Positions 40,054 to 48,177 of a stretch of 64,000 nucleotides of DNA are shown piece after piece. Below the pieces are notes generated by a model. The model made no database searches, was not told where the DNA came from, and was given only the letters and a program-made list of their open reading frames with translations. The DNA lies in the IMG/VR virus record IMGVR_UViG_3300046005_000547, positions 170,736 to 234,735 of that record; one strand, given 5' to 3'. Both the position numbers and the translations under genes were made by a program. Within the stretch, counting starts at the first letter, position 1; each line of letters begins with the position of its first letter.

Positions 40054-40638
40054 TCAATCATATATTGTTCCTTTCAAATTATCGATAAACTGTTCATGTA
40101 ATGCTTCTAATGTATACACAAAATTGTGTTCTGTACCAATATGATTTAATGTAATACAATCATACAATGTTCCTTGGAAATCCATCTTCTGAACAGAAAC
40201 TTTCTTATACTCAATTCCAGTTTCTTTATGTGTATAATAATTAGCCAATTCCAATGGTCGTTTATATCTACATAAAACCACATCGCCAAGAGATTCACCT
40301 GTAGGTGATCTAGTTTGACCTTTCAATACATAAGACGCAACACCTTTATGCATAACAGTCCAATCTGGTTCCAACAATTTGAATACATTGATTTCCTGAG
40401 ATTCAATAAAACCTCTAATCAATTTTTCATAATCAAACACTTTATCTGTTGAACATATTTTTGCCAACTCTTTAATTTGACCATCAATTAATCCAACAGC
40501 TTGTTTTTTAACTAATGGTTTCTTATCATCAAACCATACATTAAGATAATTCTTGTAATCATTTGTACTATACAAATCTCGTTTATGTCTAACCAAGAAT
40601 TCCGATAAATCATCAATAAATTGTGGTTCCATTTTCAT
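40054..40638 (-). CDS. Hypothetical protein
   Basis: GGAG RBS; promoter TTTCTT-N16-TATAAT at 40662-40689. Confidence 0.7.
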   Translation of the reverse strand: MKMEPQFIDDLSEFLVRHKRDLYSTNDYKNYLNVWFDDKKPLVKKQAVGLIDGQIKELAKICSTDKVFDYEKLIRGFIESQEINVFKLLEPDWTVMHKGVASYVLKGQTRSPTGESLGDVVLCRYKRPLELANYYTHKETGIEYKKVSVQKMDFQGTLYDCITLNHIGTEHNFVYTLEALHEQFIDNLKGTIYD

Positions 40639-40697
40639 CTCCTCTCTGTTAATATATTTCTATTATATTCATTTAGTCCAAATAAGAAAGAACTATT

Positions 40698-41072
40698 TTA
40701 ATCGAATTGTTTATATTCAAAATGAAATTTAGTCTGACTTTCGTTCATCAATTTAACAATACGTCTACCATCAGCATGAAATTCATCAGAACAATTCTTA
40801 TGTTCCTCTAAATCCGTATGTCCTTCCCAATACGCATGCCAATAATATAAAGCAATCATCAATCCTTCTGGTACGTATTGTTCAACATCACATTCACTAA
40901 TCATCAATCCTGTTTCATGTTCCCATAACCCACTAGAACAATAATCAGGAAATACATCAATACGTTTCTTATTCATCTTGCCCAATATATCAACCATCTT
41001 GTGATATGATTCCTTCTTGTCTTTCTGTAAATCAACAATCTCGTCTTCGGTCAACATTCTAAATTCAATCAT
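40698..41072 (-). CDS. Hypothetical protein
   Basis: PDY..SGLW motif, packed ORF. Confidence 0.65.
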   Translation of the reverse strand: MIEFRMLTEDEIVDLQKDKKESYHKMVDILGKMNKKRIDVFPDYCSSGLWEHETGLMISECDVEQYVPEGLMIALYYWHAYWEGHTDLEEHKNCSDEFHADGRRIVKLMNESQTKFHFEYKQFD

Positions 41073-41556
41073 TAGGATCTATCCCCATCATTGATTTAGC
41101 TCGATTTCTAGCGGAATCTCTATCTTTATACACCATACCAGACTTTACCAATGCATTTTGAATTTCTGAATATGTATCGTATCTATTCACAAAATTTGTA
41201 TGATTGATTGAACCAAAATCAGGATAATAAAAGGAATCTCCAGGTTTCAACAATCTATTACCATCTTCTACTTCAAATCCATTGATGGTAATCATCTTCT
41301 TTACTCGTTCTGGTCTTTTTAATATACAAATCGAAGTAGATTTACCATAGGTTGTATCGAATTTCGATTTATGTATCATTCTGAATTCAACAGTCGCACA
41401 ATCATCTGGTTGTTTATCCCAATCAACAAATTGTTCGAAAAACGCATTAGGATTTTCTTTGTGAAACTCATCTATCGCTTCAATCAATTCATCCTTGTAT
41501 TCATTGTCTAACCCAATTGTTTCTAAAATACATTCGGCTAATTTAACATTACTCAT
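41065..41556 (-). CDS. Hypothetical protein; C-terminal domain shared with 31060-31596
   Basis: ITINGFEVEDG...GMVYKDRDSARNRAKSMMGIDP; promoter TTTGGA-N16-TATAAT at 41584-41611. Confidence 0.7.
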   Translation of the reverse strand: MSNVKLAECILETIGLDNEYKDELIEAIDEFHKENPNAFFEQFVDWDKQPDDCATVEFRMIHKSKFDTTYGKSTSICILKRPERVKKMITINGFEVEDGNRLLKPGDSFYYPDFGSINHTNFVNRYDTYSEIQNALVKSGMVYKDRDSARNRAKSMMGIDPND

Positions 41557-41655
41557 TTTGTTCTCCTTTGTTAAGATGGTTCTATTATACTATACTTTTT
41601 CAATATCCAAAGAAAAACCTAGCTGATATTTCTACCAACTAGGTTCTCTGATTAT

Positions 41656-42138
41656 CTATTCAATCCAAAATGACAATTTCATAATAGAATTAAATCTATA
41701 CATTTTAGAATCTTCAACTTTTATTTTCGCGCCGCAACCAATGTATATTTCATCTCCGTTTATAAATGAATTGTAAATTACATCAACCAAATTGTAATCT
41801 ATTTTCTCTCCATTTTTACAGACATCAAAATATACATTTATATGATTTGAAATTGATTCATTAGAAATCTTATATAAATCCTTACTAGAAAATGTATGAG
41901 GATTTATATACAATAAAAATTCAACAAATTTATTTTTAGAATCAACACAAAATCCAATACATTTAGATTCAATGTTACCATCAACATTTTTAAATTCTAA
42001 TGGTTTCAATTCAGAATCATCCATTTTTACAAACATAGAACGTTCGTCAATTATATAATTTTGATTTTCGATTGTATCCAATAAATTATACAAATTATCG
42101 TTACGTTCTGAATATGATTTTGTATATTTTACCAACAT
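41656..42138 (-). CDS. Hypothetical protein
   Basis: Single gene between repeated terminators. Confidence 0.65.
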   Translation of the reverse strand: MLVKYTKSYSERNDNLYNLLDTIENQNYIIDERSMFVKMDDSELKPLEFKNVDGNIESKCIGFCVDSKNKFVEFLLYINPHTFSSKDLYKISNESISNHINVYFDVCKNGEKIDYNLVDVIYNSFINGDEIYIGCGAKIKVEDSKMYRFNSIMKLSFWIE

Positions 42139-42202
42139 CAGAATTCCTATAGTAATTAAAAAAAGAAATCCTAGTTGATATTTCTACCAACTAGGTTCAA
42201 CA

Positions 42203-42814
42203 TTACAACAATTTATCTGTAATCAACATACGTTTCATCTTATGTCTATCAGTTTTACCCCAAATATCTTTATTTTTCTTTTTGAACATTTCCCATTCGT
42301 GTAAATTATCAATCTTCTCCAATTCTTTGGTTAAAAAATCAAAATAATATACGTTCAATCCTTTATTAAACGCCTTACCGATACAACGTTCCCAAAATCG
42401 TTTACCATCAAATGTTTGAATAGAATCCGTTAAAATTGTATGGTGTCGTTTCAATAAAATTTCAAAAAACATTTTAGCCGCAACACCTTCGATATAATTG
42501 TAAACTGGATTTATCCAAACTCCAGATTGCCAAACGAAATCTCCAAGTTCTATACAACTACCCAATTTATATGTCATATCGTATGTAATCAATTCTTCTT
42601 CAATATCTAATACAAAGAAATTATCTCTCCATTCGTACATATTTGAATTTGCCGATAAATTAAACGCCAATTTCTTTCTTTGTTCTTTATACAATTCCAG
42701 ATAATTTTCTCTATTTTTATCTGCATCTATTAATTCTTCTGGATCCCAACTTTTCATAATCTTTGGCATTTCCATCAACATTTTATTGTATTCTCCAAAT
42801 CTCAACATCTTCAT
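42203..42814 (-). CDS. GNAT-fold protein with capsid-targeting-like N-terminus
   Basis: MLRFGEYNKMLME/M; GVAAKMFF...ILTDSIQTFDGKRFW. Confidence 0.5.
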   Translation of the reverse strand: MKMLRFGEYNKMLMEMPKIMKSWDPEELIDADKNRENYLELYKEQRKKLAFNLSANSNMYEWRDNFFVLDIEEELITYDMTYKLGSCIELGDFVWQSGVWINPVYNYIEGVAAKMFFEILLKRHHTILTDSIQTFDGKRFWERCIGKAFNKGLNVYYFDFLTKELEKIDNLHEWEMFKKKNKDIWGKTDRHKMKRMLITDKLL

Positions 42815-42975
42815 TCCCGATAAATTAAATTTGTATTCATTATAGATTATATCTATTGTTTTCCAAAGAAAAACCTAGCTGATATTTCCACCAACTAGGT
42901 TCTCTCATCACTTTTTAAACAAATTCAAAATTGTATCTATCATGACGTATCCAATCAATACTAATGACATCCAAA

Positions 42976-43485
42976 TCATACGTATTCCAATACGTTACAT
43001 TTCAATCCGTTCTCCAATATATCACATAAGATTACCTCGATATATCTCTCAAACTTCTTAACATCAAACACCGAATCAGCTGGTCTGTAATGCACGTTGT
43101 ACTTATAATTGATTACTCTATCATCGTCATCTGAATACACTGGTGGTAACTCGATATCCTCGAATGAGATAATCCATCCAACGTATTCTTCCTTCAATTC
43201 AATCGCTGTAATCTTATCTCCCAAATCGTTAATGTAACTAATTACTTCATATTTGTTTGATTTTAAAGGAATATCCCTAATTACTACAGGCGTTGCTTCC
43301 AACTCCAATACATTATCGTATTGGTCTACAACTTGAATGTCTGTATAACCAATTGATGAGAGATAAGAGATAACTGACTGGTATCTCTGGTCATCGTCAA
43401 TTCCATCCGGCAATTCTCTGATGTTCGATTCTTGGTCTTCGATGATAATTGAATCTTCTAAGTATCTTACTGTAAATTTAATCAT
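42976..43485 (-). CDS. Hypothetical acidic protein
   Basis: Coupled to UvsX stop. Confidence 0.6.
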   Translation of the reverse strand: MIKFTVRYLEDSIIIEDQESNIRELPDGIDDDQRYQSVISYLSSIGYTDIQVVDQYDNVLELEATPVVIRDIPLKSNKYEVISYINDLGDKITAIELKEEYVGWIISFEDIELPPVYSDDDDRVINYKYNVHYRPADSVFDVKKFERYIEVILCDILENGLKCNVLEYV

Positions 43486-44566
43486 CTAAGTCATCCATTT
43501 CCAAGGTATCTAATTCTGCTGTAATATCCGCATCAGTCACTAAATCGCCCGATAATTTGAATTCTTCTTCAATCTTACGTTGGAATATAGGACAATTCAA
43601 TAATGGATCCCAAAATTCAGCAGTATCGGTAGCAGCTCTTCTTAACTTTTGAGGTTCAATTTCACCAGTAGCTAAATCAACTCTTGAGAACCAACCATTA
43701 CTCGGTTTAACAACAGCACCAATATCGATAGCAATATCTAATAAACCAGAGTATTTTTGAATACCACCATCATATTTTACAACAAATGGTAATTTAGATT
43801 TTTCTTTAACATTTCTTGATTTATGAATGTTGATTGTGAATTTCCATCCATCCAATTCACCATCACTAGATTTTTCTTGAGATTTAGTGATAACAAAAAT
43901 TTGATTGGAGGAATACGTCACGGCAGTACCTCCTGGAATTACAACTTTTTGATAGAGCTCGAGTGTAAGATAAACATGGTTGATAAGGAAACATGGTAAA
44001 TTCTTTTTACTTAATTGTATTGTAGCCAATCTCAATAATGACCTTAAACTTTTTGCACGCGTCATATCTACAGTTGATTTTTCATCACTTGTATCATCAA
44101 CTTCTTTTTTTGAACTAATTTGACCAATTGAATCAACCAAAAAGAATACATGGTCACCCCTTTCAATTGAATCTAATTTCTTCATGAAATCGAATTTTAA
44201 TTGTTCAATATGTTCCACTGGAATATGGATTACTCTAGTTGGATCTATTTTAAAACTTTTAATGTAATCAGGAGTGATTCCAAATTCAGTATCATATATA
44301 ATTCCAATGGCGTCATCATATTTGTCCAAATACGCTTTCATACAATATAGAGCCAGAGCCGTCTTAAAAGTTTTGCTATCTCCAGCTGCCGTTGTAATTC
44401 CAGGTGGCACACCACCGTCTAATTTACCATGGAATGCAATATTCAGAATTGGTAAATCTGTCACTGCCAACGGTTTTACTCCAAACATATCAGAATCGGC
44501 TAAAATAGAAGCTCCTGTTGTTGACCCAGTTTTTAACAATTTGTCCAATAATTTATTTTTGCTCAT
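43478..44566 (-). CDS. uvsX: RecA-like recombinase UvsX
   Basis: AGDSKTFKT Walker A; YDTEFG; VDSIG; DMTRAK; INHVY; GGTAVTYSS. Confidence 0.95.
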   Translation of the reverse strand: MSKNKLLDKLLKTGSTTGASILADSDMFGVKPLAVTDLPILNIAFHGKLDGGVPPGITTAAGDSKTFKTALALYCMKAYLDKYDDAIGIIYDTEFGITPDYIKSFKIDPTRVIHIPVEHIEQLKFDFMKKLDSIERGDHVFFLVDSIGQISSKKEVDDTSDEKSTVDMTRAKSLRSLLRLATIQLSKKNLPCFLINHVYLTLELYQKVVIPGGTAVTYSSNQIFVITKSQEKSSDGELDGWKFTINIHKSRNVKEKSKLPFVVKYDGGIQKYSGLLDIAIDIGAVVKPSNGWFSRVDLATGEIEPQKLRRAATDTAEFWDPLLNCPIFQRKIEEEFKLSGDLVTDADITAELDTLEMDDLDD

Positions 44567-44569
44567 GTT

Positions 44570-45958
44570 TTATTCCTTGAATTGTGATGAAGATTTTGAC
44601 TCACAGATCTTCTGTAACTGTTCGAAATCAAAATTATTTTTAAAATCATTCCAACTTTTAGATTCATATGGATTGAAATTATCATTAATAATTTTTTTAA
44701 CTATATTAGCAATTGCATTATCTTCTAACCAGTTGTATGATGGAGATAACAATTCTTTAATTTTTAATGTAGTTTGTTTTTGTGTTGAATTGTATTTGGA
44801 TATTCTATTATACATATCAAAAATTTCATCAGCCTTACTATATGTTAAAATGAAATTTGGTCTTTCTGTTATAGTGGATTGATTTTCCCAAGGTCTCCAT
44901 TTTTCTTTGTTATAATTTGGATGTTGTTTACATTTTTCATTATGGGATTTTGTTATATTACCTTTGGTAGTTTTTGTATGGCAATATATACATTCTATCA
45001 ATTCATTGTGTTTTCTATTCGGATTATTATCGCAAAATAATTCATGAGATAATATCTTCTTAGATGTGTGATCGCAAAATTGACATTTGACTAATGGTTT
45101 GGCATTAAGAGTCTTACTTATCTTAGGTCCTCTAGCCTTTGCTACACCAGGAATTTGAGAAGGATTAGAAACTCCATATTTTATCTGTAATGTTTTATTT
45201 CTAGAAACTGCGATCTTTGCTCCAACACCAGGAATTTGTGATGGAGATGACATTTCCGTTCCATATTTAACTAATAATGCATCCAGAAATCCAATTCTAC
45301 TTTTATCAACGAATTCTTGGATACGCATTACATTATCTACACCATATTTCTTTCTATTACCTTCTAATGCTGCAACTTTACATTTTTCAACAACTTCTGG
45401 TATATGCATAGCGGAAGTGACTCCATGTTTCTCATGATACGCTTCCAATTCTCTTCTGGCTTCTACCATGAATCCTTCACCTTTTGCTAATACGGTGGCA
45501 ACCATATTAGCAGTTCTTCTTACATATATTTCATCCAAAACTTCTTGTGGTGCATTTTTGACCCATAATGGTAAATTACCTTGATTCCCTTCATATCCTA
45601 ATTCAGGAATCAAATTAGCAAAATCTTTATTATTTACAACATCAAACAAATCGCTGTAAAATTTACACATTTCGGCAAATTCTTGTAAATCGTCACTTGA
45701 AAATAAAAGTTTTGTTAAAATTCTAGAAGGATGTTTCTTTAACAACGATTTCCATAATTTACCAGAACCTTTATATTTTACAAATTCTTTAGTTTTTGTT
45801 ATACAAAGATAATTGAATCCTAATTCCCAATGTTGTTTTAACATCAATTTGTATTTCTTTACATCATGTGTCGAATAATCCGTTTGAGGAATTTTATCTT
45901 CCGCGCATAGTTGTTTTGCGATTATTGAATTTTGACGCATTCTTTCCATTAATTCCAT
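44570..45958 (-). CDS. Seg-like GIY-YIG homing endonuclease with helical repeats and zinc ribbons
   Basis: YKLMLKQH...YLCIT...YKGSGKLWKSLLKKH; KYGVDN/KYGVSNPSQIP repeats; CQFC, CIYC. Confidence 0.7.
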   Translation of the reverse strand: MELMERMRQNSIIAKQLCAEDKIPQTDYSTHDVKKYKLMLKQHWELGFNYLCITKTKEFVKYKGSGKLWKSLLKKHPSRILTKLLFSSDDLQEFAEMCKFYSDLFDVVNNKDFANLIPELGYEGNQGNLPLWVKNAPQEVLDEIYVRRTANMVATVLAKGEGFMVEARRELEAYHEKHGVTSAMHIPEVVEKCKVAALEGNRKKYGVDNVMRIQEFVDKSRIGFLDALLVKYGTEMSSPSQIPGVGAKIAVSRNKTLQIKYGVSNPSQIPGVAKARGPKISKTLNAKPLVKCQFCDHTSKKILSHELFCDNNPNRKHNELIECIYCHTKTTKGNITKSHNEKCKQHPNYNKEKWRPWENQSTITERPNFILTYSKADEIFDMYNRISKYNSTQKQTTLKIKELLSPSYNWLEDNAIANIVKKIINDNFNPYESKSWNDFKNNFDFEQLQKICESKSSSQFKE

Positions 45959-46100
45959 TGTTTGTCCTTTCGATTTATTTTATACATTTTGATTGAAAGA
46001 TAGACGTATTTTAACTATCTAGAAAAACATTTACATTCAGTAAATTTATTTCCTTAAATTATTATACTACTAAACTTATCGAAAGGCAAGAGATACCTAG

Positions 46101-46430
46101 ATGCATATAACAAGTAAGCCGATAAACGATTTATATAATCATTATAAGAATTCAGCAGCGTCCCGATCTATCCCATTTACATTAACCAAATTGGATTTCC
46201 ACGAATTGTCCTTTCCATTGACATGCCCTATTTTGGGTATGCCGTTGAGATTTAATACAGGAAGAACGATGTCAGATGATTCTTATTCATTGGACAGGAT
46301 AGATTCAAGTTTGGGATATACAAAGGAGAATTGTATAGTGATATCAAATAGAGCAAATATCTTGAAGAGAGATGCTACATTGGATGAACTTCAGAAATTG
46401 TGTAAATTTTATACAGAGTTGTTGAATTAG
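46101..46430 (+). CDS. His-Me finger (HNH/EndoVII-like) endonuclease
   Basis: CPILG...SLDRIDSSLGYTKENCIVISNRANILK. Confidence 0.8.
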   Translation: MHITSKPINDLYNHYKNSAASRSIPFTLTKLDFHELSFPLTCPILGMPLRFNTGRTMSDDSYSLDRIDSSLGYTKENCIVISNRANILKRDATLDELQKLCKFYTELLN

Positions 46431-47221
46431 GTTTTAAAGATGGTTAATCCAAAGATTGTGGAAGTTGAATCTTCATCGTCTAATATGGATTTTAGGTCAA
46501 CAACATCTTTGATTAAGGAATTCAGGGTGGTACCAGAAGCGATAAGGTCATCTAGGACTAATACAGTGGAGTTCCTTAGTTTGCCAATTTTGGGATCGTC
46601 TTTTAATTTGTAGAAGTTTTGGAGGAATTTGGTGTCGCGTTTATTGAAGTCTTTCATTTGGAAAGAGTCTTTATCATTTGCTCGTTTTAGACCATATTCT
46701 AGCGACCTGATGATGCTGGGAGAAATCTTAGGATGATTTTTGTCTATTTCAATTTTAGAGATTTCATTTTTGACATATAATTTTGGGACAAACGAGATAT
46801 GCGGATTCCTTGATTTCAATTCAACAATTAGGTCATCTAGGATGGAGGATGTTGAATCAGGAGTGATGATTACATCTACCAGCTGATGGTCATTAGATTT
46901 GGTTAAGATTTTGTACGAGATATAGATTGCGGTTCTCCTGATGAAATTTGTATAATCATCAGGAGATAGATTTTGTTGTTTCTTTAATTGTTTGATTACA
47001 GAAGTGACATCCACATATTCATCTTTTGTGGTCTTGTAGATAGAATAAATTGGAACGCCATTTACATTGGAACCTTTTGATACATACGGGTCGAACGATT
47101 TAGTCTTACCAAATTTAGTGGATATGCCTTGTTTGTCGGAGTAGTTGAATTGTAGACCAGAGTCAGTTTGTTTGATTGCTTCTAGCAATTCATTGTATTC
47201 TTTAAAAGATAGCATTCTCAT
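46427..47221 (-). CDS. Type I phosphoribosyltransferase-fold (ComF-like) protein with capsid-targeting-like N-terminus
   Basis: MLSFKEYNELLE/A; VLVLDDLIASGTTL PRPP-binding loop; IITPDST. Confidence 0.75.
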   Translation of the reverse strand: MRMLSFKEYNELLEAIKQTDSGLQFNYSDKQGISTKFGKTKSFDPYVSKGSNVNGVPIYSIYKTTKDEYVDVTSVIKQLKKQQNLSPDDYTNFIRRTAIYISYKILTKSNDHQLVDVIITPDSTSSILDDLIVELKSRNPHISFVPKLYVKNEISKIEIDKNHPKISPSIIRSLEYGLKRANDKDSFQMKDFNKRDTKFLQNFYKLKDDPKIGKLRNSTVLVLDDLIASGTTLNSLIKDVVDLKSILDDEDSTSTIFGLTIFKT

Positions 47222-47549
47222 TCCATATGAATAGTTGTTTGTTTTGTTTTTTAGCATGGTCTATTGAATTCTTTGTACCTTTAGATACGCCGTCCCAGAT
47301 GGCAATGACGCAATCTGAATCATCAATGATTTGTTTATTTCTGACAAATCCAGCACCTCTGCCATATTTCTTCCAATCTGGTTTATAGATTGTGGTGGGA
47401 ATGTTATGTTCATTGGCATATTGTTCTGCCATGGAATCAATACCATTTGCCCCACCAGAAACAATATGAGATATTTCATATTGTTTTAATATATTTACAA
47501 CATATTCATAATCTGTGATGTTTCTTGAACCAACAACTGCGAATTTCAT
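47202..47549 (-). CDS. SLOG-superfamily (YspA/DUF2493-like) protein
   Basis: AVVGSRN, IVSGGANGIDSMA, AGFVRNKQI, AIWDGVSKGT. Confidence 0.88.
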   Translation of the reverse strand: MKFAVVGSRNITDYEYVVNILKQYEISHIVSGGANGIDSMAEQYANEHNIPTTIYKPDWKKYGRGAGFVRNKQIIDDSDCVIAIWDGVSKGTKNSIDHAKKQNKQLFIWNENAIF

Positions 47550-47602
47550 GTCACCTCCAATAAAAATATAATTTTACTCTATTGACTGAATCTTAGAAAG
47601 GA

Positions 47603-47857
47603 TTATCTATCTGTACAACGTTCAAGACAATTCATTTTCATATTGTAACGTCTATCTTTGCATACAGAATATCTAACGGCCCCAAAATGTATTTTGAAAT
47701 ACATGTTAGAGGTTTTCTCTCTGAAAGTATAAAATCTTGAATGGTTGAATTTGGATTCAAATCTATCAAACCATTTATAACGTCTTCTTTTGTTGAGTTG
47801 TTTGTATTTTAATTCCCATAGAATATCAAACGAGTTCATGAGTAATCCATATCCCAA
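47603..47857 (-). CDS. Hypothetical protein
   Basis: Packed ORF. Confidence 0.5.
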   Translation of the reverse strand: MGYGLLMNSFDILWELKYKQLNKRRRYKWFDRFESKFNHSRFYTFREKTSNMYFKIHFGAVRYSVCKDRRYNMKMNCLERCTDR

Positions 47858-48177
47858 ATTTTCAAGACCAACGATTGTACAATTTCTGGATTGTACCTAC
47901 CATTTGTATGTTTCATGAATAACATAGTCAAATCTTTAACAAATGTTGTTCTGTTATTGTAATCTATTGATTCTATGTTTTTATTCAATAATTGGTATAG
48001 TAGTGTTCGGATACGTTGAGTATCATTACCATCTAATCGACGTAGTCCTTTGTCATCAATTATTTGGTCAACAGATTTGTCGGTATTGAATACATCCGAT
48101 AGAATTACTTTGGCAATTTTGAATGTAACGACATCATTTTGTATTGCATCTAGTAAGTCTTTGATTTTAGTTTCCAT
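47836..48177 (-). CDS. Stand-alone GatB/YqeY C-terminal-like domain
   Basis: KIAKVILSDVFNTDKSVDQIIDDKGL...LFMKHTNGRYNPEIVQSLV aligns by eye to GatB tail (K.AK.V...M......P..IVE.KGL...VMK.T.GKA.P..V). Confidence 0.6.
   Translation of the reverse strand: METKIKDLLDAIQNDVVTFKIAKVILSDVFNTDKSVDQIIDDKGLRRLDGNDTQRIRTLLYQLLNKNIESIDYNNRTTFVKDLTMLFMKHTNGRYNPEIVQSLVLKIWDMDYS

Larger units (their letters stand above)
41611..42903 (-). repeat. Three near-identical terminators (41611-41645, 42161-42197, 42866-42903)
   Basis: AA(C/T)CCTAG(C/T)TGATATTTC(T/C)ACCAACTAGGTT with A-tract. Confidence 0.85.

Noticed and set aside
46061-46084. Early promoter upstream of the GIY-YIG gene
   Set aside because: TTTCGA to TATAAT spacing is only 12 nt, which does not fit the consensus.
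46427-47221. NARP1-type ADPR-PP synthetase
   Set aside because: Only the generic PRPP loop is visible; the two-domain PRPP-synthetase architecture is not evident, so the specific call is unsupported.
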